A DNA stretch of 64,000 nt from an uncultured delta proteobacterium (GTDB lineage Bacteria > Desulfobacterota > RBG-13-43-22), in NCBI GenBank assembly GCA_963743305.1, contig CAVUPH010000014.1:352001-416000 (forward strand). Direction: 5' to 3'. Of this stretch, positions 32,672 to 43,259 are shown piece by piece. Under the pieces are notes generated by a model, which searched no databases, was not told where the DNA came from, and was given only the letters and a program-made list of their open reading frames with translations. Both the position numbers and the translations under genes were made by a program. Each line of letters starts with the position of its first letter. Positions within the stretch are counted from its first letter, which is position 1.

Positions 32672-34096
32672 ATGTCACCAAAATCGACAGTCAGGCTTTC
32701 ACCTTTGATTCAGGGGGCCGTTCACCTGGACGACGATAACCGGATGAGCATCTCCAATCTCCAAAAGCTTCGGCAAGAAACCATCGATCACCTGATAAAC
32801 CAGGCCGTTTTCGCCGACCCGGAGCAGAAAGCCCTGGGCCGCTGGCTCATCTGGGAACTGGGCTGGAAGCTGGGCATTTATCCGGCCTCGATTCACGAGC
32901 TTTACCTGACCAAAGGTCGGGGAGACATCGTGGAGCGTTTTACCGTGCCGGCCATCAACCTGCGGGCCCTGGCCTATGACAGCGCCCGGGCGGTATTTCA
33001 GGCGGCCATCCCCCGGAAAGTAGGCGCCCTTATCTTTGAAATCGCCCGCTCCGAGATCGGTTACACGGATCAACGGCCCCAGGAATATTTCACCGCGATC
33101 CTGGCTGCCGCCATCAAAGAAGGCTACCAGGGACCTCTGTTCGTGCAGGGAGACCACTTCCAGGTAAGCGGGAAAAAGTTCAAGGAGCAACCCGATGAGG
33201 AAGTCCAGGCCATTGAACAGCTCATTCAGGAGGCCATTCAGGCCGGCTTCTATAATATCGACATCGATACCTCCACGCTGGTGGATTTGAGTCAACCCAC
33301 GATCGACGAACAGCAGCGGGTCAACTGCGACCAGTGCGCCCATTTCACCGCCTTCATCCGCAAACACCAACCAGCCGGCATCACCGTCTCCGTGGGCGGA
33401 GAGATCGGGGAAGTGGGCGGTAAAAACAGCGACGAGACCGAACTGCGGGCCTTTATGGACGGCTACCGCCGCGCCCTTCCGGCCGGCTTGGCGAGCTTGT
33501 CCAAAATCAGCATCCAGACCGGCACCAGTCATGGGGGAGTAGTCCTGCCCGATGGGACCTTGGCCCAGGTGGCCATCGATTTCAATGTCTTGAAAAACCT
33601 GTCCGAGATCAGCCGCAGCAGTTACGGGATGGGCGGCACGGTGCAGCATGGGGCCTCCACCCTGCCGGATGAGGCCTTCAACCAGTTCGTGACCCACGAA
33701 GCCATCGAAGTGCACCTGGCTACCGGATTTCAAAACATCATCTACGATCACGAAAAATTTCCGGCGGAACTGCGCCGGCGCATCTACGATTACCTCAAGG
33801 AGAAGCACGCCAATGAGTGGAAGTCCGGGAAAACGGAAGAACAGTTTCTTTATAGCACCCGCAAGAAGGGTTTAGGCCCCTTCAAGGCCGATCTCTGGGG
33901 TCTGCCGGAAGATATCCGGGCCGCTTTGCGAGCCGGCCTGGAGGAGAAATTCGGATTCCTGTTCGACCAACTCCGGGTGGGCAATACGCTGGAGCTGGTC
34001 AAAAAATATGTTCCGCCGGTGGAAGTGAAAAAAGGACTGAAGGATTTCGGCTTTAAAAAAGCCGGGGAAGAAGACGTTTCCGATTTGTCGGACTAA
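32672..34096 (+). CDS. Class II fructose-bisphosphate aldolase family protein (long form)
   Basis: VPAIN, QGDH, IDIDTS, GEIGEVG, GTSHG and QHGAS metal/catalytic motifs; GGAGG RBS. Confidence 0.85.
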   Translation: MSPKSTVRLSPLIQGAVHLDDDNRMSISNLQKLRQETIDHLINQAVFADPEQKALGRWLIWELGWKLGIYPASIHELYLTKGRGDIVERFTVPAINLRALAYDSARAVFQAAIPRKVGALIFEIARSEIGYTDQRPQEYFTAILAAAIKEGYQGPLFVQGDHFQVSGKKFKEQPDEEVQAIEQLIQEAIQAGFYNIDIDTSTLVDLSQPTIDEQQRVNCDQCAHFTAFIRKHQPAGITVSVGGEIGEVGGKNSDETELRAFMDGYRRALPAGLASLSKISIQTGTSHGGVVLPDGTLAQVAIDFNVLKNLSEISRSSYGMGGTVQHGASTLPDEAFNQFVTHEAIEVHLATGFQNIIYDHEKFPAELRRRIYDYLKEKHANEWKSGKTEEQFLYSTRKKGLGPFKADLWGLPEDIRAALRAGLEEKFGFLFDQLRVGNTLELVKKYVPPVEVKKGLKDFGFKKAGEEDVSDLSD

Positions 34097-34151
34097 CTCG
34101 AAATTCTGATGCAAACCCCAAAATTAACACGGAAACAGCTCCTCTTTTTTT

Positions 34152-34249
34152 GTCATTGCGAGAGAAGCGAAGCAATCCCCTGGGTGAGCTTGGAGGGGAG
34201 GACCAAGCCACAGGAGGGATTGCTTCGTCGCTTCACTCCTCGCAATGAC
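34152..34249. repeat. Palindromic intergenic element (GTCATTGCGAG...GAAGCAATC/GATTGCTTCG...CTCGCAATGAC; REP/MITE-like)
   Basis: Perfect 11-bp terminal inverted repeat plus an inner CGAAGCAATCCC/GGGATTGCTTCG inverted repeat, between convergent genes. Confidence 0.75.
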
Positions 34250-34340
34250 GAACAGTTCGATTGTTTTCAGGTCTAACGGGGGCTCCAAGGACCTGGGAAG
34301 TAAATAAGGAATCGGCCAACCCTTTCAAAAATCGGGAGGA

Positions 34341-35855
34341 TTATTCGTTCGGCAGATCCTGCTTTTGTATTTTTCCCATGGCGTTACGGGGAAGGTCCGG
34401 CAGCAGGAATACCTTCTTGGGGCATTTATAGGGGGCCAGGCGGTCACGGCAGTAGGCGATGAGATCCTCCGGAGAAGGGGCGGCGCCCTCCCTTAAGACC
34501 ATTGCGGCCAGGACTCTTTCCCCCAGATCCTCATCCGGGCGCCCGTACACGGCGGCCTCCAGGACGGCTTCATGGGTTTCCAGGATGTTTTCCACCTCCT
34601 TGGGATAGACGTTCAGGCCACCGGAGATGATCAGCTCTTTGGCCCGCCCTACTAAAAAAAGACGACCGGCATCGGCCGGGTCCTGATAGCCCAGATCTCC
34701 ACTTTTGAACCAGCCGTCCTGAAAGGCTTCCACCGTTTTCTCCGACTGCCGCCAGTATCCCTTGAAGATATTATTCCCCCGGATTTGAACTTCCCCAACC
34801 TCCCCGGGAAGTACATCATCCCCTTTGGAATCCGCCATACGCAGTTGAACGCCGGCCAAAGGATATCCTACGCTTTTGGCTATTCTCCTTTTCGAGAGAT
34901 AGGGGTTGGAGGCGATCATCCCCGCCTCGGTCATGCCGTAGCGTTCCAGGATGGTGTGGCCGGTCTGCTCCCGGAAGCGATGGAATAGGGGCTCGGACAA
35001 TGGGGCCGACCCGGAAACAAAGACGCGCAAGTTTCTTATTTGGGGTTTTTCGGGCAGTCGTTCCCAAGTCTGGCTCATTCGCTGGTACATGGTGGGCACC
35101 CCCATGAAAAGGGTGCAGGATTCCCGATCGAGGGTTTCCCAGACCGTTTGAGGATCGAAGTGTTCCAGCAGGATCAGCGAGGCCCCGGCCAGAAGACAAC
35201 CGTGCAGGGCCACTACCAGTCCGTGAATGTGAAACAAGGGCAGCGCGTGCAGGAGGATATCCCGATCCGACCACTGCCAGGCCTGGTGCAGGGCCCTCAG
35301 ATTGTGAATTAGGTTGCCGTGAGTGATCATGGCCCCTTTGGAGCGGCCGGTAGTACCGGAAGTGTAACAAAGAAGAGCGAGGTCCTCTTCTGAAGTAGGA
35401 TAGGGGGGATGCGCGCCAAAGGGGGTTTTGGCCAGCAGGCCTTCGTAAGACAGGCAGTTGGGGCATTCCCCGTCGATCGACAACACCGGGATATCGGGAA
35501 ATCCGATTAAACCGTTCTTGAGTTCATCGTATTTTTCTTGATAGGTGACCAGCAGGTTGGTTTCGGAGTCGAACAGGAAATAGGCGATCTCCTCCGGACG
35601 GTATCCGGGATTGAGGGGCAGGACTACCGCTCCAAGGGCTAAGGCCGCCAGGTGGATTTCGATGAATTCCAGTCCCTTGGGCAGGAGGAGACCAACTCGG
35701 TCCCCCTTAGCAATTCCTAAAGTTTGCAAGCAAACGGCCGAACGGCCAATTTGTTGTTGAAGATCGGCGTAGGATAAGTCCCGACGGTTGAAGCGAATGG
35801 CGATTTTGTCGCCGAGACCTAATCTATTTTCTATCAGAGTTTCGGTCAGATTCAT
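34341..35855 (-). CDS. AMP-forming acyl-CoA synthetase, malonyl-CoA synthetase (MatB)-like
   Basis: YTSGTTGRSKG, LHALPLFHIHGL, SGSAPL, ERYGMTE, FKSGDLG and RNAMGK motifs. Confidence 0.88.
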   Translation of the reverse strand: MNLTETLIENRLGLGDKIAIRFNRRDLSYADLQQQIGRSAVCLQTLGIAKGDRVGLLLPKGLEFIEIHLAALALGAVVLPLNPGYRPEEIAYFLFDSETNLLVTYQEKYDELKNGLIGFPDIPVLSIDGECPNCLSYEGLLAKTPFGAHPPYPTSEEDLALLCYTSGTTGRSKGAMITHGNLIHNLRALHQAWQWSDRDILLHALPLFHIHGLVVALHGCLLAGASLILLEHFDPQTVWETLDRESCTLFMGVPTMYQRMSQTWERLPEKPQIRNLRVFVSGSAPLSEPLFHRFREQTGHTILERYGMTEAGMIASNPYLSKRRIAKSVGYPLAGVQLRMADSKGDDVLPGEVGEVQIRGNNIFKGYWRQSEKTVEAFQDGWFKSGDLGYQDPADAGRLFLVGRAKELIISGGLNVYPKEVENILETHEAVLEAAVYGRPDEDLGERVLAAMVLREGAAPSPEDLIAYCRDRLAPYKCPKKVFLLPDLPRNAMGKIQKQDLPNE

Positions 35856-36105
35856 GGTTCGGTACCGCTTAACCTGCTTCATCCCTCGATTGTTAGCCCG
35901 ACCGGTCTCCTGATCATTGGAAGCCGCCGGGGTCAGGGGGCCTAATCTTTGGCCGTCGGGCATCGATCCCACCTGTTGGACCAAATGGTGGAGCACCGCC
36001 TAGGCGCGGGGCTGGGGTAGTTTAATAGTATTCCAATTGTTTGATTTGTTCAAGCGTTCAAAATCTGCTATGAATAATTTAAATCAATTTTTGGTGGGGG
36101 TTGAT

Positions 36106-36783
36106 ATGCGCATCTTATTGGTAGAGGACGACGTCAAAATCGCCTCTTTTATCATGACGGGCTTAAAAGCCGCCGGCTATGCCGTGGATCATGCCCTCGA
36201 TGGAGAACTGGGCCTGGATCTGGCCTTAACCGAGTCCTACGATACCGCGATCATTGATATTATGCTGCCCAAACGGGATGGGTTATCTCTCATCGAAACG
36301 ATACGGAAGGAGAAGATCCGCACCCCGGTTATCATTTTGAGCGCCAAGGGGTCGATTGACGACCGGATAAAAGGGCTGCAGACCGGGGGCGATGACTATA
36401 TTACCAAACCATTTGCTTTTTCCGAGCTTCTGGCCAGGGTTCAGGCCCTGATTCGCCGGGCCAGCGGACTTTCGGAACCAACCCATTTGACCGTGAGTGA
36501 CCTATCCGTCAACCTGCTTACCCGAGAAGTAATTCGGGGGGGGAGAAGAATCGACCTCCAACCGATCGAGTTTTCCTTGCTCGAATATTTGATGCGCAGT
36601 GCCGGTCGGGTCGTTTCCAAAACCATGATCATGGAACATGTCTGGAACTACAATTTTGATCCCCAGACCAATGTGGTCGAAGCCAGGATCTGCCGGTTAA
36701 GGGAGAAAATCGACCGGGATTTTGAACGAAAACTAATCCATACCCTTCGGGGGGTGGGCTATGTCCTTAAAGAAACGGATTAG
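36106..36783 (+). CDS. OmpR-family response regulator (CusR/CzcR-like)
   Basis: LVEDD, IDIMLP, DDYITKPF, winged helix TNVVEARI...HTLRGVGY. Confidence 0.92.
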   Translation: MRILLVEDDVKIASFIMTGLKAAGYAVDHALDGELGLDLALTESYDTAIIDIMLPKRDGLSLIETIRKEKIRTPVIILSAKGSIDDRIKGLQTGGDDYITKPFAFSELLARVQALIRRASGLSEPTHLTVSDLSVNLLTREVIRGGRRIDLQPIEFSLLEYLMRSAGRVVSKTMIMEHVWNYNFDPQTNVVEARICRLREKIDRDFERKLIHTLRGVGYVLKETD

Positions 36784-38179
36784 ACCTCGCCTCACCCTCG
36801 CCTTTCGCCTGACGCTCTGGTATGCCGGGATCTTCACCCTCTCGTCGGCTATCGCCTTTCTCTTGTTTTATACGCTGATCAACTCTTTCCTGCGAGAACA
36901 GACCGATCAGGAACTTTTAGGACAGGTTAATCGCTTCTCGACGCTTCTGGCCTCGGAAGGGGTCGAGGCCGTCCAAAACGCCGCCCTGATTGAAGCCCAG
37001 GCCGCCGGCGTTAAAAAGGTCTTCTTTCGTTTCCTTTCCATCGACGGACAGGTTTTTTCCTCTTCCAATATGGCCTACTGGAAAAATATCTATATTACCG
37101 AAGGGGCTATTCGGACCGTGCTTCGTGAAGGGAGGCCGGTTTTGGAAACCATTACTATTCCCGACCACCCGGATCAAGTCCGGATCCTTTATGCCCGGAT
37201 CTCTCCCACCATCATTGCGCAGGTAGGGGAAACCATGGAGAGTCATTCCAGGTTTCTGGCGGCCTTTAAGGGGATCTTTATCGGTACCATGACCTTGCTT
37301 ATCCTGGTGGCTGCCGGACTGGGCTGGTTCATGGCCCGCCGGGCCGTCTCCGGGGTGGAAGCGGTGACGCAGACTGCCCGAAAGATATCTGCCGGCACGC
37401 TGGAAGAGCGGGTCCCGGTTAAAAGGGGGGGGGATGAAATCGATCAACTGGCCCTGACCTTTAATCAGATGCTGGACCGTATTCAAACCCTGCTGACCGA
37501 AATCAAAGAAATGACCGACCACCTGGCGCATGATCTGCGCAGCCCCCTGACCCGGATCCGCGGGATCGCCGAAGTGACCCTCACCACCGCCAACTCCCTG
37601 AATGAATACCAGAGCATGGCCGCCAGCACCATCGAGGAGTGCGACCGCCTGCTGGACATGATCAATACCATGTTGCTTATTTCAAAAACCGAATCGGGCG
37701 TAGATACGTTCTCCTTCGAGGAGGTCGATCTAGCCGTCCTGGCGCGGGAAGCCTGCGAATTGTTTTCTCCCACGGCGGAAGATAAAGGGGTGACCCTGCG
37801 TTGCGATCTCCCGGGGAGGGCCCTTCTGGCCGGAAATACTCGAATGATTCAACGTCTGCTCTCCAACCTTTTGGACAATGCCATCAAATATACCTCTGCC
37901 GGGGGATCCGTGACCGTTTCCCTGGAGGAAAAGAGGGACCAACTGGTGATCTCGGTAAAGGACACCGGGATCGGTATATCCCCCGGCGAACTTCCCCGCA
38001 TTTTTGAACGATTCTATCGTTGCGACCGGAGCCGGTCCCAGGTAGGCATCGGGTTGGGCTTGAGCCTGGCCCGGGCCTTTGCCCGAGCCCACAACGGAGA
38101 ACTGACCGCCACCAGCCAAATGAATCAAGGAAGTACTTTTAGGGTTACCCTCCCCAAGTTCCGAACCTTCCCATCCTGA
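36761..38179 (+). CDS. Membrane sensor histidine kinase (CusS/CzcS-like)
   Basis: Two TM segments, HAMP, AHDLRSPL, NLLDNAIKY, DTGIG, FERFYR and GIGLGL motifs. Confidence 0.92.
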   Translation: MSLKKRIRPRLTLAFRLTLWYAGIFTLSSAIAFLLFYTLINSFLREQTDQELLGQVNRFSTLLASEGVEAVQNAALIEAQAAGVKKVFFRFLSIDGQVFSSSNMAYWKNIYITEGAIRTVLREGRPVLETITIPDHPDQVRILYARISPTIIAQVGETMESHSRFLAAFKGIFIGTMTLLILVAAGLGWFMARRAVSGVEAVTQTARKISAGTLEERVPVKRGGDEIDQLALTFNQMLDRIQTLLTEIKEMTDHLAHDLRSPLTRIRGIAEVTLTTANSLNEYQSMAASTIEECDRLLDMINTMLLISKTESGVDTFSFEEVDLAVLAREACELFSPTAEDKGVTLRCDLPGRALLAGNTRMIQRLLSNLLDNAIKYTSAGGSVTVSLEEKRDQLVISVKDTGIGISPGELPRIFERFYRCDRSRSQVGIGLGLSLARAFARAHNGELTATSQMNQGSTFRVTLPKFRTFPS

Positions 38180-38196
38180 TCGCCCGCACTCCCAAC

Positions 38197-38250
38197 ATTA
38201 CCAACTTGTAATCTTCCGGTCAGCTTCCGGTCAGCTTCCGGGCTTATCAT
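38197..38250 (+). promoter_or_regulatory. Response-regulator binding array and -10 box of the degP promoter
   Basis: ATTAC-N6-GTAAT palindrome overlapping three 11-bp direct repeats (GTAATCTTCCG, GTCAGCTTCCG x2, 38208-38240), followed by TATCAT. Confidence 0.6.
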
Positions 38251-38316
38251 TCAGTCAAGAGAAAGAGAAAAGGCTGGAAGCAGCCGAAAATCCACCATTC
38301 AAATGAGGAGAAAAAC

Positions 38317-39780
38317 ATGGAACAGAAAAAAAAGATCAAGACAATATTTATCGCCCTGATCCTCTTCGGGGCACTGCTGGGAGTCGGGCTGGGGGTACCC
38401 GCCGCTGTCAGACACTCCGAGACGGCGGGGTCGGCCAGCCCGGTCCTTTCCGAGACCCCCATGGTCCCGGCAAACTTCAGTGAGCTGGCGGAAAAGGTTC
38501 GTCCGGGGGTGGTCAATATCCAGGTGGTTAAGAAAATAAAGAACGTGGGCTTGGGATTCCCCAATTTCCCCGGCCATCCCTTTGGGGACCGGAACCCCTT
38601 CGGGGATTTCTTTGGACCTTTTTCTCAGGGGAATCAGCCCAGGAGTTTTGAACAGCAGGGTGTCGGGTCCGGCGTGGTCATCAGCCGAGACGGGTATATC
38701 CTGACCAACAACCACGTGGTTGAAGAGGCCGACCAGATCAAAGTAAAGCTCAGCAACGGCAAGGAGTACCGGGGCAAGGTCGTGGGACGGGATCCCAAGA
38801 CCGACCTGGCCCTGCTCAAGATTGAAGGGGCCTCGGAACTTCAGCCCCTCAAGCTGGGCAATTCTGAAGAAATGAAGGTGGGCAGTTGGGTAGTGGCCGT
38901 CGGGAGTCCTTTCGGACTGGAACAGACCGTTACGGCGGGCATTATCAGCGCCAAGGGAAGAATAATCGGCTCCGGGCCCTATGATAACTTTATTCAAACG
39001 GACGCCTCCATCAATCCCGGGAACAGCGGCGGTCCCCTGATCAACATGAAGGGCGAAGTGGTCGGCATCAACACGGCCATTATGGCCCAAGGCCAGGGGA
39101 TCGGCTTTGCCATCCCGATCAACATGGCCAAACAGGTGGAGGTGCAACTCCAGAATAAGGGCCATGTCACCCGAGGCTGGCTGGGGGTGACCATTCAAGA
39201 AGTGACCCCGGAACTGGCCAAATCGTTTGGTCTCAATGACAATAAAGGAGCCCTGGTGGCCCAGGTAGGTCCGGGCAGTCCGGCCGAAAAAGCAGGGATC
39301 AAGCAGGGGGATATCATCCTGGCTTTTGACGGTCAGGCGATCTCGGATTCGAAAGACCTCCCTCGGATCGTAGCCTCAACCGTGGTGGGTAAAACGGTCA
39401 CGGTGAAGCTTTTCCGAGAGGGAAAAGAGATGGACCGTTCGTTGAAAGTGGGAGAATTGGAGGAAAAGGTCGATCGGGAAAAGGCAGGCTCTTCCCATAA
39501 AACCTTAGGTGCTTCGGTTCAGGATCTGACCCCTGATATCGCTCAGGGACTCGGCTTAAAGAAGTCCGGAGGGGTAGTGGTGACTCAGGTGGAACCCGGG
39601 AGCCCGGCCGATGAGGCGGGTCTTCAAAACGGGGATGTCATCCGAGAGGTCAACCGGAAACCGGTCAAGAATACCGATGATTTTGTCCAGAAGCTGGAAA
39701 AAGCCCAGGGTCAGGGTACCCTTCTGCTCTCCATCCAGAGAGGGGAAAACCATCTTTTTGCGGCCGTAAAACTAAAGTAG
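38317..39780 (+). CDS. DegP/DegQ (HtrA) periplasmic serine protease with two PDZ domains
   Basis: TNNHV, TDLAL and INPGNSGGP catalytic triad; two PDZ domains. Confidence 0.95.
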   Translation: MEQKKKIKTIFIALILFGALLGVGLGVPAAVRHSETAGSASPVLSETPMVPANFSELAEKVRPGVVNIQVVKKIKNVGLGFPNFPGHPFGDRNPFGDFFGPFSQGNQPRSFEQQGVGSGVVISRDGYILTNNHVVEEADQIKVKLSNGKEYRGKVVGRDPKTDLALLKIEGASELQPLKLGNSEEMKVGSWVVAVGSPFGLEQTVTAGIISAKGRIIGSGPYDNFIQTDASINPGNSGGPLINMKGEVVGINTAIMAQGQGIGFAIPINMAKQVEVQLQNKGHVTRGWLGVTIQEVTPELAKSFGLNDNKGALVAQVGPGSPAEKAGIKQGDIILAFDGQAISDSKDLPRIVASTVVGKTVTVKLFREGKEMDRSLKVGELEEKVDREKAGSSHKTLGASVQDLTPDIAQGLGLKKSGGVVVTQVEPGSPADEAGLQNGDVIREVNRKPVKNTDDFVQKLEKAQGQGTLLLSIQRGENHLFAAVKLK

Positions 39781-39790
39781 TTAGGATACA

Positions 39791-39831
39791 CGCCCGATCG
39801 GGGAAGCAGCCAAGGTTTCCTCGATCGGGCG
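39791..39831 (+). terminator. GC-rich hairpin after degP (terminator or mRNA stabiliser)
   Basis: CGCCCGATCG...CGATCGGGCG 10-bp perfect stem; weak T tail. Confidence 0.5.
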
Positions 39832-39904
39832 GCTTTCCCCCCTCCTGCCAATATCACCTTCTTAATTAAATCAATCCCAACCGGCAATAGTCTAGCCAAA
39901 GACA

Positions 39905-39958
39905 TTTGAATTTCGAAACTCGAAACAAATTCAAACGGGCTCGTTTCGAATTTAGGGA
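39905..39958. repeat. Degenerate TTCGAAA-type palindromic repeat element
   Basis: TTTGAATTTCGAAACTCGAAACAAATTCAAA...GTTTCGAATTT, with heptamer-like units in inverted arrangement. Confidence 0.5.
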
Positions 39959-40134
39959 TTCTATTACCCGGGCGCCTCGTTTTGATTGCCCGGCCGGAAT
40001 AACCGGAGTAGCCAGGTTCCGGCTTTACTAAGTTTCTGGGTAAAGGTAAAATGGCTGAGTGAAAAAATTTTTCCCTACCTTTGCGAATTATGGACGGGTC
40101 TGAAAACGCCGGGGGGCGATGATTCGATACAACC

Positions 40135-40738
40135 ATGTCTTTTATACCCAACATTGAACACTTTCCCTATATAGGGCTGTTTATTCTCCTCCTCCTGGGA
40201 GGTGTTGGGCTTCCTGTTCCGGAAGACACGACACTAATCCTTTGTGGATTTTTGATCGCCACCTTAGTGATAGAACCTATCCCCGCAGTGCTCACCGTCT
40301 ATGCCGGCCTCTTGATCTCCGATTTGTCCCTTCATTTTATTGGCCGAAAATACGGCCGCCAAATCGTTTCCCATAAACGGTTCAGCCAATGGATTTCTCC
40401 CGAAAGGCTGTCCCTGCTTGAGGAAAAGTTTAATCGTCGTGGTGTACTAATCATCCTGCTGGGAAGACACCTGGTCGGACTTCGAGCCCAAATTTTTTTG
40501 GTGTCGGGCGTCTTGCGAATGCCGACGTTAAAATTTTTATTGGCCGATGGCGTATCTTCCCTCTTCACCATGGGGATCATGGTCGGGGCCGGTTACCTGG
40601 GAGGAAACAGTCTGCGGATCCTGCGACGGGGCGTAACCCGCCTGGAACATGTAGGGATCCTGCTCCTGGTGGTCGCCCTGGCTGTTTTTTTAGCCTACAG
40701 ATATTTTAATACATTGAAGAAAGGGAAGCCGGCCGTGA
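40135..40738 (+). CDS. DedA family membrane protein (in this sequence it reads in-frame into the N-terminus of mgtA)
   Basis: GLPVPED, IGRKYG and GRHLVGLR motifs. The end is placed at the GTGA overlap (40735-40738) expected if one base upstream is spurious. Confidence 0.8.
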
Positions 40739-43258
40739 ATCAAACCCCCAGCGACTTTTGGAGCCTTCCCGCCGATCAATTGCTGCAGCAATTGGAGACG
40801 ACCCCGGAGGGCCTCAAGGAGGCCGAAGCCCGGGAACGGTTGCAGCGCTATGGACCCAACCTCCTTAAACCGGCCAGAAGATCCGACACCCTGACCCTTT
40901 TCTTGGGTCAATTCAAGAGCCCCATCATCTTGATTCTGATCTTTGCCGCCGGGTTATCCCTCGCTACTTAAGGACTCGGTCGATGCCTTGATCATCCTGG
41001 GCATTGTGCTGGTCAGCGGCCTCCTGGGATATTGGCAGGAACGGGGGGCCGCTAATGCGATCAAGGAATTATTGGCGTTGGTCCAAATAAAGGCCATGGT
41101 CTTGCGTGACGGGGATCCCAGGGAACTTCCGGTCGAAGAGATCGTTCCCGGGGATATCATCCAACTGACAGCCGGAGATGTCATACCCGGAGATGGAGTG
41201 CTTCTCCAATCCAAGGATCTATTTGTGGATGAGGCCACCTTGACCGGAGAAACCTATCCGGTGGAAAAAATAGCCGCGGTGCTGGCGCCCGAAACCCCGC
41301 TGGCTAAAAGGACCAATACCCTTTTTATGGGAACCCATGTGGTCAGCGGCAGCGCCCGTGCCCTGGTAGTTCAAACCGGGATCGAAACCGAATTCGGACG
41401 GGTTTCCGAACGGCTGAAACTCAGACCTCCCGAAACCGAGTTTGAACGCGGCGTCCGGCGTTTCGGCTACCTGCTCATGGAAGTGACCTTGATCCTGGTG
41501 ATCGCCATCTTTGCCATCAACGTCTATTTGGCCCGGCCGGTGCTGGAGTCCTTCCTTTTTTCCATGGCCTTGGCCGTTGGGTTAACCCCCCAGCTTCTGC
41601 CGGCGATTATCAGTATCAACCTGGCCCATGGCGCCAAAAAGATGGCCCAGTCCAAGGTGATCGTCAAGCGCTTATCCGCGATTGAAAATTTCGGCAGCAT
41701 GAACGTTCTTTGTTCCGATAAGACCGGTACGTTGACCGAGGGGTTGGTCAAGGTCCACTCGGCCCTGGATGGGGATGGCCGGGATAACGAAAAGGTCCTG
41801 TTCTATGCCTACCTGAATGCCTATTACGAGACCGGCTTTACCAACCCCATCGACCAGGCCATCCGTACCTTTCGCACTTTTGACCTAACCGGCTTTCAGA
41901 AACTCGACGAGGTACCCTATGATTTTATTCGTAAGCGACTGAGTATCCTGGTTTCCCAAGGAGAGAAGCATCTTATTATTACCAAGGGGGCCCTTTCCAA
42001 TGTCCTGACCTCCTGTTCCCGGGCGGAGACCTCTAGCGGGACCTTGGTGGAACTGAGCCAGGTCCGGGAGCAGATCGACCACCATTTCAAAGAGTTCAGC
42101 AGTCAAGGGTTCCGCATGCTCGGGGTGGCCTACCGGGAATGGGATCCCAATCTGGTCCTGACCAAAGACTCGGAGAGTGGGTTGATTTTTCTGGGATTCC
42201 TGGTCCTCTTCGACCCGCCCAAGAGCGGCATTGTGGAGACGATTCGTCAACTCAAGAATCTGGGCGTTTCACTCAAGATCATTACGGGGGATAACCACCT
42301 GGTGGCGGCTACGATCGGCCAAGAGATGGGGCTTTCGAATCTTAACCTGATTACCGGCCCCGAAATTCAAAAGACTAGCGGCCGGGCCTTGTTACAAAAA
42401 GTCAATGAGGTGGATATCTTTGCCGAGGTGGAACCCAACCAGAAAGAGCAGGTCATTCTGGCCCTGAGAAAAGCGGGGAATGTCGTCGGCTACATGGGGG
42501 ATGGCATGAATGATGTCTCGGCCTTGCACGCGGCTGATGTGGCTATCTCCGTGGACCAAGCCGTGGATGTAGCCAAAGAGGCGGCGGATATCGTCCTGCT
42601 GGAAAAGGACTTAAAGGTCCTGGCCCAGGGCATCGCCGAAGGACGGAGCACCTTTGCCAATACCCTCAAGTATGTCTTCATGGCCACCAGCGCCAACTTC
42701 GGGAATATGTTCAGCATGGCCGGGGCCTCCCTCTTTTTGCCCTTTCTGCCCCTGCTCCCCAAGCAGATCCTGCTGACCAATCTGCTGACCGATTTTCCGG
42801 AGTTGACCATTGCCACCGACCGCGTGGACCCGGAAATGGTCGAAAAACCTCGCCGCTGGAATATCCGCTTCATACGTAATTTTATGATCACTTTCGGCTT
42901 GATCAGTTCGATCTTTGATTATTTGACTTTTGGCGTGCTCATTTTTCTATTGAAGGCCCGGCCCGAACAGTTTCGAAGCGGCTGGTTTATTGAGTCCGTC
43001 ATTTCGGCCTCTCTGATCGTGCTGGTGATACGCACCCGCCAGCCCTTTTTTAGGAGCCGGCCCAGTAAATATCTGACGTGGGCCACCCTGCTGGTAACCG
43101 GAGTAACCCTGTTATTTCCCTTTACTCCTCTGGGGGGGGTGTTCGGCTTCAAGCCGCTGCCCTTTTATTTTCTCTTGCTATTGGCCGTCATCATGGGGAT
43201 GTATATTATTACTGCCGAAGCGGCCAAAAAGATCTTTTATCGGAAAATGAAATTCTGA
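40735..43258 (+). pseudogene. mgtA: Mg2+-translocating P-type ATPase, split by a +1 frameshift near 40963 (probably a sequence error)
   Basis: Cation_ATPase_N (GLKEAEARERLQRYGPN) in one frame; LTGET, TPQLLP, DKTGTLT, GDGMND and TSANFGNMFS in the next frame. Confidence 0.85.
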
Positions 43259-43259
43259 T

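Noticed and set aside
32699-33808. Long antisense ORFs (also 8567-9454, 38299-39198, 48033-48830, 3070-3804 and others)
   Set aside because: They are shadow frames of genes with GC-rich codon usage and show no recognisable motifs.
35960-36000. 6S RNA (CCCACCTG motif within a long hairpin)
   Set aside because: No GGGTTCA partner or closing-stem consensus. Kept only as an unassigned structured element.
38208-38240. Direct repeats as a CRISPR array
   Set aside because: These are contiguous 11-bp units with no spacers, and no cas genes occur in the window.
39801-39816. GGAAGCAGCCAAGG, matching part of SRP (4.5S) RNA
   Set aside because: It lacks the upstream TCAGG...GNRA half of helix 8 and is simply the inner part of the hairpin after degP.
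39965-40130. Possible yybP-ykoY or M-box riboswitch before dedA-mgtA (GGAGTAGC, short inverted repeats)
   Set aside because: The other conserved elements (AAGGGGAGUAGC context, UCGUCA loop, GAGACC) were not found. An Infernal search would be needed.
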